Shown piece after piece: positions 28,601 to 41,758 of a stretch of 64,000 nt of DNA (position 1 is the first letter of the stretch; each line of letters opens with the position of its first letter). This stretch comes from Octopus vulgaris (taxonomy: Eukaryota): the NCBI GenBank assembly GCA_951406725.2, contig OX597817.1, forward strand, positions 43,896,001 through 43,960,000, in the 5' to 3' direction. Under the pieces are notes generated by a model. The model was given only the letters and a program-made list of their open reading frames with translations, was not told where the DNA came from and did no database searches. A program made the position numbers and the translations under genes.

Positions 28601-30150
28601 TGCTTCCAGTTTATGCTAAGCTTTGAGTTTACTATTTCATAATTATAAATTACAAAAAAAAAAGTGACATAAGACAAAAATAGAAATAATTCGCAAATTA
28701 AGTATTTGCTAGATAATAATTTGTCATTATTTTTTTTTATTTATTTCCTTTTTTTCTGAGCGTTTGCTATTTATACAGACAGCTTGGTCTATGAAAATTT
28801 AAACAACTTATGAGAATTATTGCTGGTTATGGACTAACAGATTACCTAAACTGAAAATGAGATTTAAATATATTTATAATTGACGATGAAAAAGTAGAAG
28901 AAAATTAAAATTTCTATTGACATTCTGTACCATTTTGTCTCCTTTAATAATCCTCCATATTTTATAGCACGCATGCATTGCCAGGGCACAAAAAGAGTGT
29001 GGGGACTGTGTAATTTGCATTCTAGTCGTGCTGAGTGATGAGTAACATTCGCTTAATGAGTAGCTAATTATTGTCTATTTACTGCAGCTGTGACTTGCTA
29101 TCTCTGTGAACACATGCTTTCAATAATATACATTTATCAATGGAAATCTTATACTTACATTCTTGAACAAACAAATACACACACAAACACACTTTAAACA
29201 GTAATTGGTAATAAGATCCATATATGTACATATATATATTCATATACATGAATATATATATATGTATTCATATATTAATCTTCATTTTTATTATAAATAT
29301 ATTCAAGCTATCTATATATCAGCTGTTTTAGAGAATGAATGAGTTTTATGAGAGAGAAATGGTATCATTTGTATAAAATTGTTCCATGTTGATAATCTAA
29401 GATACTTTGTTTAGATTTGGTTTTTGAGTGTTTTCCATTTTCCTTCTGGTTCAGAACATTATATTAAAAATCTCTTTTATTGTACTAAAATACCTCCAGC
29501 TGTTATGAGCCATGTGCACTGCTCCTAAAATATTCTCAAGTTTTCCCACAATAAGAGTATTTTCAGATATTTTGAATTGGGGATTTACCATTGAAAAACT
29601 ATCAATTTTAAAGAATATTCTAATTTTTACTATGAATAAAATATGTTTATGCAAATATTATTTCTTTTCATAATAAAATTGAAATGTATGAGCATATATA
29701 AAGCATGAAAGAAATTACAATTATAGGATGTAACAGTTTTATAGTTTCTAATAAGTATGATACATCATAGTTTGATGCTAAACATATAAGTTGCTCAGTT
29801 GAATATTTTTACATCAGTTGGTGTCTGCTTCAATAATCTAAGTTACTATCTAAGTTACATTTCATTAACTTATAGAATCATAAAAATATTTATAAGTGAA
29901 TACACACACACATACACACATGTATGTATGCATCAGTAACTATGCATATTATATATCCATGTGGATATATAATAATCTAGATTTTGCAAGTACATAAGAG
30001 CTAAATGCCTCATAAATATACTAAAATGTTTAAGTTATTAATAAAATTGTATCCTATTAACCTCTGTTAAAAGTTAATTTAAATGTGACAAAGATGGAGT
30101 GCAATGGCTTATTCTAAATTATTATCTGATAAAATTTTAAAAAATTGTAC

Positions 30151-30191
<41 letters not shown>

Positions 30192-30875
30192 GTCGTCATC
30201 ATCGTCATCGTCGTCGTCGTTGTCATCATTGTAGTCATCATTGTCATAATTCTTGTCACCATCATCATCATTATTGTAATGTTCTCATCATGAAAGTATA
30301 GGACATACTTTATTTTAAAATGTTAGTATTAGCTAACAATAATTTTGATTTTAATATTGCAAAGTAATACATTATATCTGACATTTGGTTATCTTCAAAT
30401 TTCAATTGTTTCTTCTGTATTACACCACAAAATAAAATATGTGAATCATAAAATTTTACAATAGTGCAATTCATCAAAATGAAATTAAAAGTCATTATTT
30501 CTTCAATGAAACTTACTAGCAGTTACTGTTTGATGGATATATTGTGTTACTGTTGGAGGAATCATATTTTATTTTCACTTCTAAACAATAAATCATTTTT
30601 CAAAGTCATTATTTAGCATACTGAATTCATAAAACAACTTGACAAACCAATATAAGTAATCAAATAATTTTCGTGGTTGTATGTTAACACTAGCCTAATA
30701 CATGAAAAAAACAATACATACTCTACACACACAGACAAACAAATTTATGCTGTCAAGCAGTATATTACTGGTTATAGCATATAATTGGCCAGAATGTCAT
30801 GCAGGCATTGTAATTAGCAATCTTGACAATTTTTCAGGACATGCTGACCAGAAGTGCATAGCTTCTTTTATGTTG

Positions 30876-30906
<31 letters not shown>

Positions 30907-31129
30907 GCTACACAAGCCATTATTTTATATAAATATTTATATATAGTCTTGGTTTACTTGATAAATTCAAAAGGAACTGAGCAAAATGAAAGTGTGGTGA
31001 AAAGCTATATTTTCCAGTAGGGTAAAAATAGTTGCTCCTCCATGGAATGATGTCATCTGTGGCTGAAGGGTGTCAAATGTGGGTATGTATATGTTTACAT
31101 TTTTAGTGAGGAAAGAGAATGACCATGTT

Positions 31130-32370
31130 ACCTAAATGAACTTCCTTTTATAAGAACAGGAACGAAATATTTTGCATTTTGAGTTCAGGAATACACCTGA
31201 ATCATTGGAATTTTTTAGGATGATTCTCTTTTTGGCCAAGCAAAACTTGCAATATCTACTTCCATTCAGATATGGCCATGGCTGTTCCAGCAGTTTTCAG
31301 CTGATTTTTGTATGATGTTCTTTTCTCTTTTAATTGCTATATTGTGCTGCTCTTGGATTCTAAAAGAAAATCAGTGATTATTTAGCTAGGCTGTAAAGGA
31401 ACCCCACCATTGTTCCAACATATTTCTCTGTGTGTCATTCTGTTTTAGTTGTTAGATAATGCTACCTGTGCTTGGCAGATCTTTCAGTTGCCTTGACCAT
31501 TCACTGGGAAATCAATTAACCTTATATAAGCACCCTCCTCTGCATGAGTCTTTGGAGCATTCATTTATAATTTTAGATACTAGATGCACAACTGGATGAG
31601 ACCCTTAAGGTATGCTGCTTGAATAATTCCTTATACTTATGTGCCTATTGTAAAATGCTTATTTACTAATCTAAGGATGGCCCTTCCCATGCATGTTTTT
31701 GTGCTGAATGAGAAAAAGTGAGGTAAACCAGAGGACGTTATGGCAGCACTTTCTTTTGTGCTGTTAGGCCTAGGTATATAATTGATGTAGTCCTTAAACC
31801 AGCTGGCTGCTAGAGCAGTGGGTTTGTTGTAATAGGGTGTAGAGGCACTGTGTCAAAAGCATCAAGGATGGGTTTGAAATCCTCGTACTGACACCCTCTA
31901 CAAGATTTTTGTGGGTAGCAGGAGGCCGTGTTGGTATCTGACAGTCTTTCATTATGTTTGTTGTAAAGCCTGTATAAATCAGTGCCCAAGTGAAGCATTA
32001 TGTTTAGTACCTAGCATCATCCAGTACCTATTTTTACTATTTGTGTCAACCAAAACCATTTCTTTCTTAGGTGATTTAACTTATTCCAAATGCATATAAT
32101 GAGTTTACAATGTTGTTACAAAGCAGCCTTAACTTGTGTTGAGCATTTTTCTGCATACAAATTCATCAGATAGCATCTTCTTTAGAAACCACTGATCAAT
32201 TATTCATACAAAGTGCTTGATTCAATAAAAATGGTGTTTGTGTACTATTGTTTTATTCCAGAATTTTGCTCTTTTCAAGATCTCTGTGCCTCAAATCCAC
32301 AGGATTAGCTAACATTCAGAATATGTCTTAAACATTTCTGCTGAAAGTGCCCAAAAACCTATGTGTGATA
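31130..32370 (-). mobile_element. degenerate Penelope-like (Neptune-type) retroelement fragment
   Basis: Frameshifted peptides LWFT..FSFSTKTCMGRAILRLVNKHF..ELFKQHTLRVSSSC and FLNSKCKIFRSCSYKRKF resemble the Neptune linker and C-terminus. Confidence 0.6.
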
Positions 32371-32470
32371 TTTGTAATGGATTCAAATCTTGCAGAGTAA
32401 AGAAAGGAAGTCAATATACAGCAAACTTTGTCAGATATATATTATGTTTGTTTGTTTATGCATATATGTT

Positions 32471-32512
<42 letters not shown>

Positions 32513-32939
32513 CGCTTTTATTCTTTTACTTATTTCAGGCATTTAACTGTGGCCATGCTGGAGTACCACCTTAAAAGGTTTTTTAGTTAAAGGAATCAAC
32601 CCCAAGACTTATTCTTTGTAAGCCTAGTACTTATTATATCAGTCACCTTTGCCGAATCACTAAGTTATGAGGACATGAACGCAGCAGCATTTTATTCATG
32701 CATTTGCTTTTCAAGATTTCTGTTATGTATTCAATTATATTCTATTATACTATACATACAGACATCCATGTGCATATGTATTTATATCTATATATCTATG
32801 TTTATATCTACCTGTATGCTTGTATACACACACATACACACACACACACACACACATGCACATGCACACACATGATTAAACACGTGTACTATGTACTTGG
32901 TCTTCACTTCTGCTTTATTATTATTCTTATTTTAGAGTC

Positions 32940-33480
32940 CTTTGTCTGAAATCTTTCATTACACATCTTTTTCCCAATTTTTATAGAGATCAGAGTGGAT
33001 GTGAGCCTACTAGGTAATAGTGCACAATTTTTCTTTTATCTCATACAACTATATCTGGCATATTGTGCTTATACTCATACAACTGTAACTGACCTATTGT
33101 GCTTATACTGCTGTTTTTATTGGGATGTTTTGCCAACACTCACTTTATTTCTGACGGTGTGGATAATTTTTAGCTCTGATCTGCTGTGAGGATAATCCAT
33201 TCTGTATAAAGCATTGTAGACTGTCTTAGCAACAATGTCATTTCTTGTGAGAGGGTAGTATTTTACAGACATTTTTGGACAGCTACTGATGATGTAAATG
33301 ATATCTTCCAAACTGGTATGGCATCATTAACACTTTCTATTACAGCATGTAGGTTTTAGAGGCATCCTTATCTGTATGGTTGATCAGCTATTTAGTAGTT
33401 ATCTCCTGTTCTTAGATAGCAAAGGCATAACCTTAGTGATGTGTGATATACTTATCACAAATTCAGGAGAGGTTACTGTT
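32940..33480 (-). mobile_element. relic of an RLE-type (R4/Dong/NeSL-like) non-LTR retrotransposon C-terminus
   Basis: EDIIYIISSCPKMSVKYYPLTRNDIVAK resembles the CCHC knuckle plus RHD motif that precedes the restriction-like endonuclease. Confidence 0.6.
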
Positions 33481-33483
33481 CTC

Positions 33484-33712
33484 ATGCATGCATTCATGTA
33501 TGTATGTATGTTTGTATGTATGTATGTATGTATGTATGTATGTATGTATGTATGTATGTATGTATGTATGTATGTATGTATGTATGTATGTATGTATGTA
33601 TGTATGTATGTATGTATGTATGTATGTATGTATGTATGTATGTATGTATGTATGTATGTATGTATGTATGTATGTATGGATGGATGCATGCATGCATGCA
33701 TGTATGTATGTA
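33484..33712. repeat. (TATG)n microsatellite
   Basis: Directly visible. A similar (TATG)/(CATG) array lies at 46237-46452. Confidence 0.95.
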
Positions 33713-36700
33713 TCTATGCATCCATTTACCAATCAGTCTATCTGTCTATCTACCGAAACCTACCTATATATAGGGAGAGAGAAGGAGTGCGATTACTTAA
33801 ACATTCATTTTAAAGTATATTAAGTGAAATAGCATATCACTTGCCTACAGTATGTCAGTGAATTGGCTGTAGCTATACATTAAATGATTAAGTGTACATT
33901 AGGCTTCTAAAGTTTTAACATAGATGGAAACTACTATGGAAATCAAATTCAATAAAAATTATGAGCTACTAATAATACCCAACAGAAATAGATAGCATAT
34001 GATATCAAAATCAACCAATAGGTTATGAAAAATCATAAATGTATTCAATAATATATTCTTGTTTATTACAGAGGTTTGGTTAAAAAAATTAAAAGAAAAC
34101 AAAATACAGTAATAATGAATCAGTGATAAATGAATAATCTCCATGCACTTTGTAAATGGAATGAATAGTAGATTCATTGACATGAAACATATAGCCTACA
34201 GCAATGACTCTTCCACCATCATATTTTTAGATCATCTGTCTTTTCTTGTAGAAAATACACTCATCTACATTGTTTAAGATCAAGTACCTTCATATTTTTT
34301 CATTTGACTGGTTCCATGTTGATGGTTATGAATAAGTAAATGTATACAAAAAATATGCAATCTTGTAGTACAGTCATGTAAGTACCAGAGATAGTCAGTA
34401 CATTCTAGGTAGCTGAGAATTGTGAGTGGTCACTGAGGTGCATTTTTGCAGTATTTGCAGAATCTTTGACAGATCACTGACCATGTTACCAAAGATCAAT
34501 TTGTTCTAAGAATAAAATGGTACATAATTGATTGTACCATGTTATCCCAGAGCAGTGATGAATGAATCAGTGATAAACAAGATTACATGTAATATTGTTT
34601 ATTATATAATATTACATTCTAACACGATGAAATGTAACTTAATAATATCTTATTTAAATTCTATTGTAATTTTAGATTGTGAAAGGAGGTAACTAGTAGC
34701 TCTGAAGCAAAAACTTCATATAAGAAGTATTTCTCAAGATATCCCATTTGTAGTAAGAATCTCTTGCAAAAAGTTGAGAAACTACAAACTATTTGGCAGC
34801 TTTTATGTCCTGGATCTTCACCACCTTGTTTTGAAAAACAATAATGACTTTGATATAACAGTTAAGTTGTGAAGAAACTTATGCGTGAAAGAATTATAAA
34901 CTTCAATAAATATATTAAAAAGGGTGAAATCGTTGCATATATTGACTTAAAGAGTAGATTATTAAAAAAGAATTCCTTAGGCTATGATTATCAAAGTTTT
35001 CTTAGAACAAGCCCATATACTATGATACAAATGCAGCATCAGTATTATCAGTATTGCTATGAATATTCAGGATATTTTGTAGTTCAAAAAGTTATTAATT
35101 TGAACATAAAAAACACTACTGGAAGCATCCATATCTGTAATCCTGTAATCACATTTATCAGCTTTTTCAGAAACTGAGCAGAGTCATACAATCAATGCAA
35201 ATAGCTTTTGTACTTTTGGTTCAGTTACTTCTGAACAGCAAGGGAAGGGCATTAGGATATTGTACATATTTGCTAATGACAAATGACACTCAACAAAGAC
35301 AGATGGAGTTATTACTCAACAGTTTGACTCAAAAGGGAAATATGAGTGGGAGAATTGGATAAGGTGTGTAAATTTTCTTGTACTTATGCATTATATATTA
35401 TATTTTGTATCAAAGAAATATAATTACTAGCTACAAGACACAGCTGTCAAAGACTTGACTATTTAGATTCAGTGACATCAAACATCACCATTATATGAAG
35501 AAAATGTTTGTTGCACTGTATCAGCATGGATGATGCTTTTCTTATGACTAGAAGCATTCCAAAATCTCTCTCTAGAAATTCTCTAAGAGACATGATATAA
35601 ACAAAATGACAAACACTTTAATTGATAGGAAATGCCAAAAGATTTAAGGCTTTTTACATGAACTGTATGTGCACAACACAACATAAATAAAAAATACTAA
35701 TGGAATATTCAATATAGTTCCATCAAATTGTTGCCAGCTGACCTTCTAGAAATAGCAGTCATTATATATGTGCAAATAGAACTCACTTGTGCAGTAATAG
35801 ATAATGAAGAAGGGATAAAATCTACATTTACAATTAAATAGGACAATAATTCTTTCTATGTTATGACAACATATTATTTCAACTTAATACAATAATAATA
35901 TTTATAAAACATGTCAATTTGCTGAAATCAAACAGAGCAAGATGAGCATGAAGAAATAGTCAACATTTATAAAAGAATGATGACTAGTGTGATTCTCAAG
36001 GTAAGGAATAAAAGTCACTGAATTAAATATATAAATCAATTTAGATAGTTAGAGATCATATAGAAAAATATTCCAGTATATTGGGAAAGTGATATCTTGT
36101 CAAGATGTCTTTGATATGAAGACTAGAAACAGCATTATGAGAAATAGTACAAAGACATTTTCAAGTTGTTAGAAGAACTTTAAATATTATCTACATATCA
36201 ATAATAAACAAATGAAGTATTACAGAATAGCAGAGCAATATTACATAGTTTGGGAACTATGCTTTTCTTTTTACTTTTCTTTATTTAATAATATACTTAT
36301 CAAAATGATTCATATTATAACGATATAGTTACATGCTGAAATATTTTGAAAACCATTAACACAAAACATATGGTGTTCTGAGAATTCATGACTTGTTCAT
36401 CAGTATTGGAGTCATCTAATTATCAATAACTATGTTCATATATATTTGATTAAAGGGTGAGAAAGATATAATAATGTATTCTAAAACTTATATTTATTGA
36501 ATTATAATTTTTTTATATTTGTATCATTATTATGATTATGAAATGGATAAACTGCCATTTTTAATAATTTCAAATCTTATTCTCAACAGAATGGTATTTC
36601 CCAGCATAGCCCTAGCTTGGTACATTAAACTAGGATATATATATAATACACATACATACAAATAATAAGCTGTTACTGCACCAAGAAATCAATGCTAATA

Positions 36701-39663
36701 TGTGCAAATTGATATACTGATCCTGTATAAGATTATCTCGGTGTATCAACAGGAAAAATATTTTGAAATAGGTAAGAAATTGGACAGATATATATATATA
36801 TAAAAGTATTATATTGTTATATTGCTACATCATAGAATTTTAAATATAAAAGTAATCCCAATCTTAAGAATTGGCCATATATTTATTAGATTCATCATTC
36901 AACATTAATGATGTGAAACTTTTTTAAAGTAGACATTTCAGCTATTACATAGCTTCTGAGCTATTCAGTCTACTCATATAAACCTTGTTCAAAAAATTCT
37001 ATATTATTTTTAATGCTAAGAACCATTCTAAATCTTAGGGTAAAAATGCTCACAATAGAAACTAGATGGTTACAGCTAGATCATAAATTGATCAATCCAA
37101 TATAAGAAGGATTTCATCAATGGCTAGTTTTAGAAGTAAAACAACTAAATATTATTTTGTGGAAGACATTGAGCTGGCAAAATTGTTAGAGCATCTGCCA
37201 AAATGCTCAACAGCATTTCTTCTGGATCTTTGTTCTGAGATCAAATCCCACAAAGGTCAATTTTGCCTTTCATCTTTTGTGATCTATAAAATAAGCCAGT
37301 TGTGCACTGAGGTCAATGTAACTCTCCTAAAATTACTGGCATTGTGCCAAAATTTGAAACTAAATGTGGCAAGCTGGCAGAATCATTACTGTACCAGACA
37401 AAATGCTTAGCAGTATTTCTTCTGACTCATTATGTTCCACCAAGGTCAACTTTGCTGTCCATCCTTTCTGGATCAAGTACTGGGATCAATGTAGCATACT
37501 TGCCCTCTCTCCTCAAAATTGCTGGTCTTGTGCCAAAATTAGAAAGAATTATTACCTTAACTGGAATTGAGCTGATCTGGGGACTTCTATGAAGTAGCTT
37601 TACTTGCTACAGTAGTAACTACATAGAATTTACTGTGTTAAAAAGAGAAATCAGAAAATGTTATTCTGGATACTCTATGTCTCAAGAAAAAAAAAGAGAA
37701 ATGGAGAAGGTAGCCAAGCTAGGAATGCTTTTGCTCACGGGTCTCCCTCAATCAGTGCTGATCTAGGGGAAGATAAGAGGCTAAACAATATCAATGATAC
37801 AATCTGAAATAACGCATCTGATCAAATTCATGTTTAATGCTAGTGGAGCAAAGCATAGAAACATTAGATATAATATGATAGTAATGGAAACAGTGGAGAT
37901 GATAATGTTGATTATCATAATGATACTTGTAATGATTATAATGAAGATGATGACAATAAGAATAAGGATGAAAATGGGTGTGTCTCTTCGTTTCTACTAA
38001 TATTTTTTTTCAATATAGTCTACAAAACAGGGATTAAATTAACATGGTAGAAGATATTGTTATACTGGTTTTTAAAGTTAGACAGTTAATTCTCTTATTG
38101 GAATAAAGACTGAAAAATGATAATTCAATAATATTTGATTTGATAAATTGATTTCAATATAGATAACTAGCTCCTATATTTCTGAACAATTAATCAGTAT
38201 TAACATTAATTTCTTTAACTGCTTACAGATTATGTATTCACACACACACACACAAAGTATACTTTTACAAGAAGATTTGTGACTTCGAAGTTACTCTCAC
38301 CACTCTTCTTGTAAAAGTATAATAAATATGTAATTTACAAAAAGTACAGAGTAATCCTTCAGCTTAAAGTAAATTTTTTGTTGTTATAACTTGACATAAA
38401 TATATCTATATCTCTCTCTCTCTCTCTATATATATATATTTATATACACATACACATACACACTCATAGATGTATATTTGGTTTAATGCCCATGGAAGGT
38501 GCAGGAATGTCTGTGTGGTTAAGAAGACCACTTCCCTGCCATGTGGTTTGAAGTTCAGTTCTACTGTTTGGTACCTTGGGCAGATGTCTTCTGCTTAAAC
38601 CCTGGGAAAACCTTGTTGATGGAAACAGAGAAAACAAATTGTGAGGTAGCTCTATGGTTTTGAAAGTTGGTGACAGGAAAAGCATCCAGCTTTAAAAGTC
38701 CTGCTTCAATTAACTCCTATCTAAGCAATGCTACCATGGAATATACATGCATATATGTGTTTAGTATGACATTTGGGAGGGAAAATGAAGTGGGATGAAA
38801 AATGGATGTTGAATGAAGATGGGTGAAAGAGTTTGCAGTTAGTTGGTTCAAAGGTGCAGAAACTATCATAAAGATGTTAAAAGAGAGAGAAATTGGAGAG
38901 AGGTGATACATAAGCTAGAGATTGTAGACTGCTGATGATCAAATATTTACCAATCACAGCTGATTTTTGTATTCAGTCCATGATGTTTGAGTGTTAAACT
39001 GTCCCAAATATGTGAGCAGAACTCCAATTAGAGAATTTACAAGGCTGAAGTATTTCTCAACACTGAGAGGAAGCATTAGTTTTGGTCTGGCAATGTTATA
39101 TTTGTGAGATCACAATGATCCTTCAGAGGTTTTAAAAAAATGAGCATTTATACCATTAGATGTATATCATTTATATAAAAAGAATGTGTAACACAATGCT
39201 GTTTCCTTCATATGTGTACATCAGATAGACTATGAAAAAGATGATGTCGGTATGCAGGTATAAGTGGAGCAATTGATAAGATCATCTAAATTGTAGGGTA
39301 AGTTTAGAAATAATAAATTACATCTAACAGAAGAGTGTTAAAGAAATGATGAAGTTCAAGCAATGTGAGAGAGCATGTCAGTGCATTCTGTAATGGAACT
39401 GTCAGAAAATTTCTGATCAATGAGATGAAAGATGTTAGAACTCATAGCAGGTAACTTAACCTAAGATTTCCATGTTAAACATTGGTCAAAAGATTTTGCT
39501 AATATAATGAAAAGTGTTTTTACATTTTAAACTACTTCAACATGTAATAGGAGCAATAAATATTTTTACTTCAGTTTATCTTTGCAAATGATCTAAGATG
39601 CCTTGCTTACACTAATGACATTACACTTGTACTGAAGTTTTAAAATATTTTTATAGTGATATA

Positions 39664-40104
39664 GGTACAGGCGTGACTATGTGGTTAGAAGCTTGCTTCC
39701 CAACCACATGGTTCTGGCTTCAGTCCCACTGCATGTCACCTTGGGCAAGTGTCTTTTACTAGAGCCTTGGGCTAACCAAAGCCTTGTGAGTGGATTTGAT
39801 TGATAGAAACTAAAAAGAAGCCCCGTCATATATATATATATATATATATAGATAGATAGATATATGTATGTATGTATGTATATCTATGTGTGTGTGTCTT
39901 TGTGTCTGTGTCTGTCCCCCTATCACCACTTGACAACTGGTGTTGTTGTGATTATGTCCCCATAACTTAGCTGTTCAGCAAAAGTGACCAATAGAATAAG
40001 TACCAGGCTTTAAAAAAGTCCTGGGGTCAGTTTCTTCAACTAAAATGGTGGTGCTCCAGCATGGCCACAGTCACATGACTGAAACAAGTAAAAGAACAAA
40101 AGAA
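39664..40104 (+). mobile_element. tRNA-derived SINE, family A, near full length
   Basis: Colinear with 6741-7140 from head to tail. Confidence 0.88.
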
Positions 40105-41638
40105 TGATAGTAAAGCACCTTCACAAGTGGCATAAAATAGAGAAAACCTCTGGATAGGCTGAGTATACCACATTACTTTAATTATCAGTGGTAGTCATTT
40201 ACATTGCACAAAATATAGATATTACAGCTTTAAAGTTTTCTTCCTTGAACTCAATAAAAACAATCACCCTTAATGAGTGTTACTGATTCCATCACTTAGA
40301 AATACAAATACTTGATGTTTAACTTTGATTGTCTTAACAACTCATACATAATTTTCCTAATGTGCATTAATCTTATTTTAAAGTGTATATCTTCTTTCAA
40401 AATTCACAAACAGGTAAGATAAGTAATAGAAACACAAGCAACTTTTAAATACTGCTAATTTCTCAAAAGCATTTTAATAGTATTATTTCACTGAGTTTAA
40501 AATGTTAAACACAGTTAAATGTTTATTAGTTTTCAGTTGCACATCATTATATTTCTATCATTCAGTAAGTTTTAAAAACCCATTTAAAGTATCTAAAACT
40601 TATTTACAATGAGGGCAAAATATTGCCTAAAATCTTGAGCAATATAATGTTTGTTTTATTATAAAGCATATCTTGAAATTGTGACAAATTGGCTTTTTTT
40701 ATGCAATGTTTATTGAGAAAATATAAGATAAATGAATCAGCTGTGTACCAGGAACATCTTTCCAAAATGCTGTTGCCAATTATAGCACTAAACAAAGCAC
40801 AACATACATGAGGCTCAGATGGTAAAAGTGACATTACCAGAATTCAATTTTGTAAATTAACTTATCTTCATTGAGAAAATGCAAGCAATTTGTAGATAAG
40901 AGGACAATGGAGTTGATGATAATATGATGATGATGTTGTGGAAGTAGATTTTGTAATATTGATTGTGGTAATCTATGAAATTAATCTTTTCAAAATAGTA
41001 CTTTTAAAATTTGTAAAATTTGGAGTCATGAAACTATATTGAGCAACAAATCATGATTAACATTTTAGCCAAAGATATGGATTTAATTTCAGGTATTCTA
41101 TAAGATTGCATAAACAAATTTTTTTAAAGTTTCAATAATAATTGCAAGATCATTAACATAAACATAACATAACCATGATTATCATTTCTATCAAAGCAAA
41201 AATAGCACTATTTTCATATGATCATCAAAGTAAGCATCATGTTTGAATAAGGGTACGATTGTATTAAAATGAGTTATTGTTTTAATGAAGAATGCTACAT
41301 AAGTCCCTATGTAGATCCCTTCATAAAAGTAAATTTAGAAATGATTATATGAAAAAAAAAAATTTTGTCTATCATGAAAGTATCTATTTTAATAATTTTT
41401 TTTAAAGGTTAAGACGTTTTCATTTGATTCATATAGCAATAGGAGGAGTAGTAGCAGCAGCAGAAGAAGTAGTAATTAGAGAAATAAAAGAATGTTGAGA
41501 AGATTTTACAGTGAAAACATGAGAGATGTGATAACAGAAGTATAACAGAAGTGCTAACAGTGATACTAAAAGTAAATAGTGAAGACAGGAGTAGCAGTAG
41601 TAGTAGCATTAATAATTAGCTACAGTAGGAGTAATCAC

Positions 41639-41758
41639 CTTCACTACAGCTGTGGCCCGAATAGGATGTTAAATCACAGTTACAGATGTAAGAGTTCCAC
41701 TGTTGCATACACTCGCCTTGGTTCAAACAGGCCTCGGGGTGACATTCCCGATTAGGAC
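41639..41758 (-). CDS. NRXN: alpha-neurexin EGF3 exon (gPNRECHPEACLNQGECMQQWNSYICNCDLTSYSGHSCSE), 120 nt, phase 1-1, not in ORF track
   Basis: ttgtag|GT acceptor and G|gtgatt donor. The six-cysteine EGF matches [40 protein letters not shown]. Confidence 0.94.

Noticed and set aside
28429-28677. Minus-strand ORF as a beta-neurexin-like signal-peptide exon
   Set aside because: It terminates before the nearby donor, and the phase-1 frame at that donor contains a stop.
30104-30301. Poly-His ORF (and the poly-Thr ORF at 44714-44998 as a neurexin stalk)
   Set aside because: Both are trinucleotide microsatellites. The Thr-rich one lies before EGF3, the wrong place for the stalk, and lacks convincing splice context.
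34640-35540. Possible integrase/transposase relic (RTSPY, TDG fragments)
   Set aside because: Too degenerate to assign without a profile search.
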